Assembly (NCBI GenBank): GCA_002245135.1
Contig: NGBS01000874.1
Span: 186,001-250,000 of the forward strand
Length of the DNA: 64,000 bases
Direction of reading: 5' to 3'
Source of the DNA: Proteromonas lacertae
Lineage: Eukaryota
Each line of letters starts with the position of its first letter. Positions within the stretch are counted from its first letter, which is position 1. The notes beneath the pieces were generated by a model. It did not search any database and was not told the origin of the DNA. It was given only the letters and a program-made list of their open reading frames with translations. The position numbers were made by a program, and so were the translations under genes. Below, one piece after another: positions 53,873 through 64,000 of this stretch.

Positions 53873-53977
53873 TCCAGAAGAATTTCAAAATACAATATCA
53901 AACCATTCTCAAACATATTATAATATATTCAATTTTTTGTCGTTTGTAGACATCGTTTTTATTGAATAATATAAAAA

Positions 53978-54532
53978 ATGAAACGTTCGAAGAAATACCA
54001 AGATGCTATACAATATCAAGATCAAGACATACCTGATTTTCTAAAACCTTATAGTAATTTGTTAAAAAAGCCTAAATATACGGATGATGATGAAGATGAG
54101 GAAAAAATTGTAGATGAAGAAGAAATTGAAAAAAATAAGAAAGAAATGGAAGAATTACATGTATAATATAGGTTGATGCATAATAAATAGAAAAAACAAG
54201 AAGAAAAGAAGAAAGAAGTAAAGAAAAGGTATTTCGTTTCTATTTTAATATGTTATAGAATTATGAATTCTTGTGAAGATGAAGAAATTGAAAGAAAAGC
54301 AATTGAAGAGTTTAAAGAAAAGGAAGAAAATAAAATACTGAACAGTGGTAATAAGAATGATAAAGAAGAAGTAAATAAAGAAGTAAGAGTGAAACCAATG
54401 TTTAGATCTAACAAAAAATCAAATAAGACTGTGGTTACAAACCAACCGAAAGTAAAAACAGCTATTCATGTTAATAAAACATTAAATAATAAACAATTGT
54501 TAAGTTTTAACGATGACGATGATGATGAATAA
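53978..54532 (+). CDS. Small charged protein, KIAA1143/DUF4604-like
   Basis: N-terminal IQYQDQDIPDFLK and C-terminal NNKQLLSFNDDDDE*. Two short introns. Confidence 0.55.
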
Positions 54533-54690
54533 TTTTTGTACTATATAAATATAGATTTTGTGTATAATAAGTATATAATATTGGATGTTTTTGTTTGTTT
54601 ATACTTTAAAGTAAATGTATTATTTCTGACATGTCAATATGTCAAACGTAATTGGAGGTTTGAAGGTTTGAAAAGAAGATTTTTCATATC

Positions 54691-57017
54691 ATGCAATCGA
54701 CAAATCCTTTGCTCTATCTTAAGCCGGAATATCAGCTTGTATATTGTCATATTTTGATTGATAGAAAAAATTGAAGGAAAATCTCAATTATAAAGTATCC
54801 ATTTTATTAGAGAAGGTATTTAATTTCTAGGTTAATAAGGTCATATCCTCCAGAGAAAATGTAAATGTGTATGAAGTTCAGAAAGATGATAGCGAAGAAA
54901 TTTTAACAATGAAAGTGTTAGTTTGTAAGAAAGAACAGTCAAAAATATATGAGTTTGTATAGATATATGTTTTTATTGTATTTAGAAAAATGCTTATTTT
55001 GTAGTAACTCAGGATATTGTAGATCAGGTCAATATACGTTATATCCCATCAGAATCAGGTATTCTAATATTCAGACCATATTATACAAATGGATCTTTAG
55101 CAAAATCAAATGTTCTAACATACTTCAACTCCAATAGCAGATTAGATTTTCTTAAAGAGATATGTGTAAAGTTAAGTGAATTACACAATAACAATCTCAT
55201 TCATGGTAACCTCAAGCCATCCAATATATTAATAGATGATGATAATCATTATATATTAACTGATTTTTTTCAATTATTGTTAGATTATTCTCCAGCAAAT
55301 CCAAATAATATTCCACTTACTAGTTACAGATACAAAAGCCCTGAGTTATTAAAAGAAGAAGAATATGATATTAGTACTGATGCGTGGAGTTTTGGATGTA
55401 TATTATATTATATTTATACTGGAAAAACACTCTTTAATGATAAAAATATTGACAAATTATTTGATCATATTTGTAGTGGTAAATTTGAGAATATAAAATC
55501 ATTAAAATCAAGTAAATGTAATGATATAATAAATAAATTACTCTCTACAACTATATGTGTAGAATCAGAAGAAAGACTATCAATTGATGATATTTTACAT
55601 CAATTAGATGAAATAAAGAGTTATGATGATGTAGATGAAATGAATATGTCTACTACTATAAGCAATAGTGATATAATGGAAGAGAGTAACAGTAATAATA
55701 ATAATAATGAAGTGTTATTATCTCCTTCAGATGATAATGATAATAATAATAACACAGTAACAAGTCCAGAATCATCATTGAAATCTAGTTTATATAGCAG
55801 TATAAAAAGAAATGATTTTAAGAAATCAATGGATTCTAGGATATTGAATATTCCAAGTATTAATATAATATTATAATAAATATTTAATATTAAATAGTTG
55901 GATCATCACCTGGAACTCATAGTTTGTTTCATTTAAAACCAAATTTTAAATTAGTATTATTCATATATATATATTCTTCTATTTCTAATAATGAATAGAA
56001 ATCCATATCTTATGAATTTAATATTGATAAACGCTCTGAATTGTTTTCATCTTCCATAATTAAAAAGATATCAATTTTACCTTGCTCTGCAACTTATACT
56101 ATCAAAAATATAGATAGTAAGAAAGTAAATATTGTTAAAATAATTGATGTGAAAAATATTCCAATCGCTACAATTAGAGCATTTGTATTTAATATTTATT
56201 TTATTTTATGTATAATATTAATAGGAAAGAAAATCTCAATCAATTCGAAACGTAAATTATCAATACAACATTCAGTTAATTGAATGTTATTATTTTCAAA
56301 ATGAACATGCTTTTATATCAATATTTCCTTATTATAAGAATGGGTCTTTAGAAGATATTGAAATGGAAGACATTACTTCAATCTATAACAATGATGAGAT
56401 TAGATCAGTCTTATTATTTGATTTATGTAAAAGTATTCAAGAGATGCATAGTAATATGAAATTTCATGGAAATATAAAACCATCCAATATACTTATAGTT
56501 GATAATATTGATGAAAATGATAATGGAGATAATGATAGTAGTATTAGTTATATATTAACTGATTATTATTTGAATGATATGTATTTAAGTAGTAACAACA
56601 ACAACAATATGAGATTATCAAAAGATTATATGTATATGTGTCCTGAGATGTTGAAAGGTAAAATATATGATAATAGTTGTGATATATGGAGTTTTGGTTG
56701 TATTTTGTATTATATTTACACTGGAAAGGCATTATTTAATGGAAAAAATGGTAAAGATATTTTGTTGGATATATATGACAAAATGGAAAATAAAGAAGAT
56801 AATATAAAGATAAATGATGATGAACAACTATCTGAGTTATTGAGAAATTTAGTATGTTTAGAGAAAGTAGATAGATTCACAATTGAAGAGGTTATATATG
56901 AAGTTGTTAGTATTTATATGATTATATATAATTTTTTTTTTTTTAGAGATATTTTATGGAGCTGAAGAAGAGGAAGTTATTTATGAAGAAGATGTTGGTG
57001 AGGAAGATGAGATATAG
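54691..57017 (+). CDS. Tandem double pseudokinase
   Basis: Domain 1 has HGNLKPSN/TDFF/YKSPE/DAWSFGC. Domain 2 has HGNIKPSN/TDYY/YMCPE/DIWSFGC. The exons join through short GT-AG introns. Confidence 0.82.
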
Positions 57018-57088
57018 TAAAATATATAATAATTATTCATTTAATAAATTGTTGAATTATTAAAAACAAAAAATTCTATATATAATTA

Positions 57089-58690
57089 TTATTTATCATT
57101 ATTAATTTCTTCATTATTCTTTTCATTATCATCTCCAATATTATCGTTATTCGCTTCTCCTCCATCTTCACCACCATTCTCATTCTCGTTATTATCTTCA
57201 TCGTTTTCAATATCATCACTATCACTATCACTATCATAATTAAATCTATTCTCCATATGTCTACATACCCCATTATCAAATATATATGTACTTGGTTTAC
57301 AAAACAAATATGGCTTAACATAATAATCAACAACTTCATGAACAGATTCTAATCTTTCATCGTTATTGCAAATGATTCTCTTATCTAAATCATTACCTTT
57401 CTTCAATTCTAAATCATCCAATTCAATATCTTTATTCCAACCTAATCTGTATATTAACTCTTTCACTACTACATCACAATCTCCAAGGAGTTGTATATCA
57501 TATTCATCAGGTTTTCCTACAATTTCTCTATTTATTAATACCACAGGAGTATCACTATTTGAATAACCAACCATTCTATTTACTGGAGAAACTTTTAAAC
57601 TTGAACCAATAACAAATATTAAATCACAATTTTCCATATCTTTATGAACATTATCATGATAAATATCTGGTAATTGTTCACCAAAGAAGACAATGGATGG
57701 TTTCATTACTCCTCTTTTCATTATACCATCACTATAATAATAGTAATAATATAAATATAAATACATTTCAATAGGTTGACAATGATTACAATAAGCCACT
57801 TCTCCACTACGAATATTATCAATAATTGTATCAAAATTAACTTCATAACCACAGTGAGTACAACTGGCTGTATTATAAGAACCATGACATTGGATTACAT
57901 TCTTTATACCTACTTTATTCTCAAGTCGATCAATATTCTATATATAATTATATAATTATTTCTACTATTTATACCTGTGTATAATTCCTTAACAATTTGT
58001 TATGATCTTCAATTAATTTAATAAATTTATGTGTTATTGATGGATTATATGAATCTTCTGATTGAAATAACATTTTTGAAACTTTATAAAATGGTTCTGG
58101 ATTTATATTAAAATATCTTTTATCAAATACATCTTGTGGATCTGTTAAATTAAAGTTTAAATCTTTTACCAGATTGTATAAACCATTCTTTGATCTAAAA
58201 TCTGGAATTCCACAAGATGTACTTATCCCAGCACCACTAATTACTGCAATTTTGTGACTTTTATTTATTAACATGACTACATCATCCATTGTGTTATAGA
58301 TTGGTAGCTTTTTTCTAACATTCATAAATAACTGATCCACTAGTATACTAATCAACTGTGGAACTGTAAATGTGTTAATTACTGTTTCCATTGAAGGATC
58401 AGTTGATATATTTAATACATGTAATATATCTGTATTTGTTAGATTCTTTCTAGCAAGACTATATATAAAAAGACTTAAATTTTCTTTAGAACAGAACCTT
58501 GGCATATCATCACTATCTGATGATGAAGAGGAAGGTGGTTGTTCTACATTTGCATCTTCTTCTTCCATTGGATTTCTTAATTCTTCAATTTCGCCTTCTT
58601 GTTGCTCTGCTTGAGGTGCTTGTGGTATTTCTTCATTCTATAAAAACAAATGCATAATTTAATATGTACTACATTAACACTAGGTTCCAT
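57089..58690 (-). CDS. SIR2: NAD-dependent deacetylase, class I sirtuin (SIR2/SIRT1-like)
   Basis: Motifs SGAGISTSCGIPDFRSKNGLY, LLRNYTQNID, QCHGS, CTHC/CNHC, MKPSIVFFGEQLP, IGSSLKVSPV and LINRE. Confidence 0.95.
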
Positions 58691-58869
58691 ATAAGCGAGA
58701 AATTAAATTCAAAAAAAAAAATGCAAAAAAGAACAAAGACAGAATCAAGCCTGTTTATTATTTATATAGTAAAAAAACTTGTTTACACTACTAAAACAAC
58801 TAATTCAACAATAACATAATATTATATAATGTGAATTACAAATAAAAAAAGGAATTAAACTTAATAAAT

Positions 58870-60208
58870 CTATATCTGAGCAATTTTTGCTCTTTTTGAA
58901 GTACGTTCTGGCTCACCAGTGTATGGATTAGTTCTAACAGTAGCAACTCCTTCCATTTGTTTATCATCCTTCAAAGTAGGTACATTCTGTTGCTGTGAAG
59001 AGTGATGAGCTGCAGCTTGTTGTTGTTGTTCCATAACCATTGGAATAGGTGTTTGAATAGATGTTGCTGATGCATTAGAATTTACATTACTGTTTGAAGA
59101 ATTAGCTTGAATTATATTTGGATTAGCAATATTAACATTAGTAGCAATCTGTGAAGCATTTAAATTTGATAAAATCGGTGTATTATTCTCTCTCTCCAAT
59201 TGTTTCATTGATTTTCGCTTATTTTTCCTAATTGCACTATTCCATCTATTTTTCACACAATTATCACTTCTTCCAGGTAATAGCTTTGCTATTTCAGTCC
59301 ATTTATTACCATATTGATTATGACCTTCTTGTAATATTCTATCTTCTTCTTCAGTCCAATCAGCTCTGACTAATTGTGGATGTAATTGATTATACCATCT
59401 ATCACGACATTGTTTACCTATTCTTCCTGGAATATAACTTGCTATTCTACTCCATTTAGTCATTCCATTCTTAATACATTCAATAATAATAGCATCTTCT
59501 TCTTTACTCCATCTTCCTTTCACTAAACCTGGTTTTAACACTTTTTGCCATCGATGTAAACACTGAATATCTGATCTATGGCCTCCTAGGAATTCCTGAC
59601 TAATTCTTTTCCAATTCTTGGGGCCTATTGATTGAACGCCTTCTTTTAATTTCTCATCTTCTTCTTGAGTCCATTTACCACCACCTAAAGCATATTTCTT
59701 TGACATTGAAGTAGGTGATGATCCAGATGGTGGCTGTTGCTGTTAAATTTGATGGAGTTGAGACTACTACAGCTGCATTAGTAGCTACACCAGTAGGTAC
59801 TGTTGCTGATGGTGGTGGTGTGGTTGTTATTATACCGTTGTTAGGGACTATCACTACACTTGATTGTTGCTGTTGAATTGTTATTGTATTATTGTTATTT
59901 ATGTTATTTGGGGGAATTAGTGTAGAGGTTGTAGTAGTTATATTCTTTGGAGACGATTCTGCCTCTTTCTATATGGTATATTATAGAATAATGTATACTT
60001 TTGAACGTTTGTTTGTTGTATTCTGCATTTCAGGTAGAGGTATTGGAATAGGAGCTAATGGTGAGGATGCATCCATCTAGAATACTATATATTTCAAATT
60101 AAAATACAATTGGTGGTTGCGGTAACTGAGTGTTGTCGGCTTTAGTCTATATGGAATAATATAAAAATATACTGTTATGGTATTCATCTGTTGGGTTGTT
60201 TTAGACAT
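58870..60208 (-). CDS. Three-repeat (R1R2R3) Myb transcription factor
   Basis: Motifs KWTQEEDEKL...QCLHRWQKVLKPGLVKGRWSKEED...GKQCRDRWYNQL...WTEEED...LPGRSDNCVKNRWNS. The 5' exons join through three introns, with an apparent extra base near 59745. Confidence 0.88.
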
Positions 60209-60799
60209 TTCTTTTGAGTGATTTAAATCTGTGTTTGGGTAAGTCTGAAAAACAAAGTTTTTGAAGGGGGTTTGATTTATAAAAAAATATAATGCTGATA
60301 ATAGGCTTGTAGAAAATAAATAGCTAAAATGCTATGGGTTTTTATAGTGGTTTTATTACTCGTTTTATAGTGGTTTTATTGAAAACGAATCAAATACCGA
60401 CTTTTCTTCTAAAATAGATTTTGATTATTTTTTCGATTTTTGAGAGAACTAGAAGGAATTGAAGAGCAAAACTTCTTGTGATACTTTTTGATGATATTGT
60501 ATAAAGATCAAACATATTAAATAAGGCACAGAGATAATTTGTAACGATATTAATAATTAGACAAAAATAATTGTGACTAAATACTTTAATGTATTATTAA
60601 CTACATAGATATTCTTTTCAAAGGATATAAACATTAATTGTTCTTCATCATAAATCTAAGCAATTTTGAAGTCTGAATCTATTTACATTCCCTGGATCAT
60701 CATTATAATTATAATTTGAATAGCTAAAACCTCTTCATAAAAAGATTTAAAAATAAATGATACAAAACGACTAGTATTTTAGAAAATCTTAAAAATATT

Positions 60800-62110
60800 A
60801 TGGAATGGGATTATGATGATGACGATAGTGGAGTAGAGTTGACTCAAGGAGATAAAATGATTTGTGCAGGTCTTGCAGGAGCTATAACTACATTTGTTAT
60901 GAATCCTTTAGAAGTTATGAAAACTCACATGCAAGTATTTGTTTAAATATTTAATAATTAGTTGAACTTGATTACAGATCATAGATCAAATATCTTTGGA
61001 GTATTTACATTTTAGTTAATCTTCTATTTTGTATTTAGATTAAAAGAGCAAAACATAAAATAATATATCCATTTAGACTAGCTAAAGCTATATATCAGCG
61101 TTTGGTATGTCTTTATTATTTATATTATGAAAATAGGGAATTAAGACATTATGGAGTGGGGCAGTATTGGCTATTCTTTCAGCATTACCAAATCAAGTAT
61201 TATATTACTCAAATCTGGATAAATTCAGAGAATCTCTACAAGATTCAATTTTTGATACAAAGTAAAATTATATATAATAAGTATCTATATAAATAGAACA
61301 CAATTCTTTGCATATTCATTATCAGGTGCATTTTCAAGGGGAATAGCTGTGTCTATTTGTACTCCAATCGAATTAATCAAAGTAAGACAGCAAACTGTGT
61401 ATAATTATTGAATTATTATTATGTATAATAAATAAAATAGAATGTCCAGATCTATAGTAGACACTATAAAGAATGTAAAAGCAGAAATTGATCGTGAAGG
61501 AATCTTATTTTTATATAAAGGATTTGGATCAACATTATTTCGAGATATTACATTTTCATCAATCTATTGTTATTTGTATTTATATTTCATTATTAAATCT
61601 TTTCTTTTATATTTATATATATATATATTTAGATATTCTCGTTTTCGTACATTTTACAGTGTAGCATTTGATAAAAGCAGAGATAATAGTATTTGTATAC
61701 TTTTAGGAGGGTTTTCTGGAGCAAGTATTGCATCTATTATTACAGCTCCAATTGATATTATCAAAACATCAGTTCAAGTATATTTTATATTTCTAATAAT
61801 GTTTATATTATTGTTATTAGTTGAGTTCTCAAAAAAAGAGTGGTTTTGAAATACTTGATCATATTAAAAAGGTATTTCTTTTTCTTTTCTTTATATTTGT
61901 GATGAATAGAAACATGGAGTTTGGGCTTTATTTCGAGGATGTATTTTAAGAGGATTACAGTTAGGAATAATGATGACAACATATGAAATGTGGAAGAAAT
62001 ATTATAAGAAGAAGAAGGAAATTCGATATAAAGGTAAAAAATTTGTGAAAAAGACAAAAAGAGATATGATGATAAGTGATGAGGATTTTTCGAGATGTCT
62101 TGATTCTTAA
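60800..62110 (+). CDS. Mitochondrial carrier (SLC25 family; MTM1/SLC25A39-40-like)
   Basis: Three carrier signatures: PLEVMKTHMQ, PIELIKVRQQ and PIDIIKTSVQ. Also LYKGFGSTLFRDITFSSIY and IMMTTYE. Eight short introns. Confidence 0.85.
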
Positions 62111-62239
62111 TGTTATTTGTATTTGTTATAGTTCATGAAATTAAATTAATATATTTGTTTAATTCTTCTTATCTTTTGTTTTTTGAAATGAAAAATTGAA
62201 TAGATTTGATTCCTATCAAGCCACATTTTCATATTTTCG

Positions 62240-62775
62240 ATGAAATCAGCACGTAAGTCAATCAATACTCCAAATAAAAGGTATTTTTATTGAATATAAC
62301 ATCAATAGGCAGAAAAAATCACCAGATGCTGAACTAAATGACAACATTAATGAATTATTGTCTATTCCAAATACATTTCTATCTCAAAATATTGTAAATA
62401 ATTTAATTCAAGGGTATCTTACTAATTAATATATTTTAAGTCATTCTCTATACACACAATTTAAAGAATCTTCTTCTAATCTAGATACAATGAATATAGC
62501 ACCATCAGTAGAATGTGCTGTATATTCTAATCTAATTTTCATTTAAATAGAAACAAGTACTATTTTCGATTCCTCCAAACACAGAAGAAATAAAGCCAGA
62601 TCAAGATAAGTACATAGAGACAGTATTGAAATGTTTTAGTGACGATATTGAGGCTATTAGAAAGGATACAAGCTTTGGTGAAGGAACAAATGATTTATTG
62701 ATTTTGAGTGAATGTCTCAAAGATGAGTATAAAAACAAAAGTGAAATAGAAAAGTCTTTTATTAATAATTTTTAG
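62240..62775 (+). CDS. Small spliced gene with an Rsa3-like C-terminal motif (not in the ORF track)
   Basis: Four exons join in frame. The C-terminus YIETVLKCFSDDIEAIRKDTSF...LLILSECLK resembles the Rsa3 ribosome-assembly motif as I recall it. Confidence 0.5.
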
Positions 62776-62856
62776 TTTTATGTTTTCGTGTTAACATTAT
62801 TGTTGTTTTTGAAGAATAAAATATTTGAAACGGATTTATTTTTTTTCATTACAAAA

Positions 62857-64000
62857 ATGGCTTGGGGAAAAGCTCCATCCTGTGATGACTTAATAGACAA
62901 AATTCGAGAGAATGAAGATACAGCAATGTATATCTTGCCATTTAGAAAACTAAATGAAGATAATTTCAATCAGATTTTTAATGAATTGAAGAAGAATGTA
63001 TCATTACAAGAATTTTATTCATCTGGACATAAATTAACTCAAAAGAATGTAGAAATATTTAGTGAAATGTTGAAAGTCAATCATACTCTCAAAACAGTAT
63101 GTTATTAGTATTATATTTACTTAGTTTTGTATTGGACAAAGTAATTTTGGTGATGAGTTCATGGATATTTTAGTAGAAGGCATTGAAGCCAATAATACTC
63201 TTGAAATACTTGATTTTGAGAATAAATCTATAACTGCTGTTAGTTGCTCTAAATTAAATCATATTTTATATACTCATGAAAATATTAAAGTATTAAAACT
63301 TAACAGAAATCCACTTAAAAATGAAGGATTATTTAATTTACTCAACTCTCCTTCACAACAAGATAATCCCATTTCAAAACTAAAAGAACTGCATATATCA
63401 GATATACAGTTAGATAAAGAGAGTGCTATGATATTTAATACTGTTATGAAAAGTATAAATAGTGTTATTTATATTTAAATAATGTTTATCTATAGATTTT
63501 CCAGAACTTTCTGTTTTATTGTTAGATCATAATGACTTTGAAAATTCAACACCATTATTGTGGGAGTATAATTAATTATTATATTTATATTATTATTAGT
63601 TGTCTTTCGAATATTACAATTTTAGACTTATCGTATTGTAAATTGAATGAAAATTCAATGCCTTCACTATCATCTAATGTTTTTCAATTACAAAAAGTAT
63701 GTTTATATATATAAAAATTAAATAGTTGAATTTATCTTATAATGATATTAAAGATGAAGGTTTATTACTCTTAGCTCAATCTATCATGTTTTTCCTGCAT
63801 TTAAAATATTTAGATTTATCATCTAATAATCTCACTGATAGTGGAATTACCTATTTAGCTGATAGTTTAGCAAATTATGAATTGAATGATTTTAGAGAAT
63901 TACATCTTAAACACAATCAAATCACATCTAAATCCGCTTCAAAACTGTTGAAAATACCTTATTTAAAAGACATTTCCTTATTCAATAATAATATCAATAG
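62857..64000 (+). CDS. RNI-like LRR protein; 3' end runs off the window
   Basis: MAWGKAPSCDDLIDKIREN...SLQEFYSSGH..., followed by LxLxxNxL repeats (LKLNRNPLKNEG, LNLSYNDIKDEG, LDLSSNNLTDSG). Confidence 0.8.

Noticed and set aside
54795..54830. GTATCC-starting intron as a GT-AG U12 intron
   Set aside because: It is only 36 nt and its TTAAT lies 6 nt from the end, unlike the 12-nt pattern. It fits an ordinary short intron. The same applies to the 27-nt GTATCT intron near 62414.
1..64000. Stop codons created by polyadenylation, as known in Blastocystis
   Set aside because: Every gene whose 3' end I could trace has a genomic TAA, TAG or TGA at a plausible position, so the mechanism is not needed here.
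1..64000. tRNA, rRNA or snRNA genes
   Set aside because: I could not recognise any by eye. A covariance-model scan would be needed to exclude them.

Overview
This is a very AT-rich, gene-dense eukaryotic nuclear window. Most introns are tiny GT-AG introns of about 25-45 nt, often with (TA)n runs, and several divergent gene pairs are only 50-220 nt apart. That style resembles Blastocystis/Opalinata gut stramenopiles, but the taxon is inference only. I can reconstruct about 22 genes. They include ALT, a pseudokinase-LRR giant, two CCCH zinc-finger paralogs, MSP1, a PKD1/REJ-like receptor, a mucin-stalked surface protein, DCN1, WDR7, PARP, DHX16/Prp2, Tem1/Spg1, a CPLANE1-like gene, two inverted Cys-rich membrane-protein paralogs, UGGT, a tandem pseudokinase, a sirtuin, a 3R-Myb, a mitochondrial carrier and an LRR protein. 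The strongest novelty candidate is a set of non-canonical introns in three unrelated conserved genes (PARP, UGGT, WDR7). Each has the form ATATC[T/A]TTT...TTAAT-(exactly 12 nt ending TAA), which looks like a minor-spliceosome (U12-type) class that uses AT-AA ends and a fixed branch-point-to-3' distance. Other highlights are a tetraspanin-like domain inserted in a polycystin-1-like membrane region, a repeated 'CFED' LRR-cap module, two inverted duplications (one enclosing a decayed pseudokinase) and a CPLANE1-like ciliogenesis gene. About ten single-base frameshifts are most likely assembly indels. All family calls come from motif recognition by eye; no searches were run.
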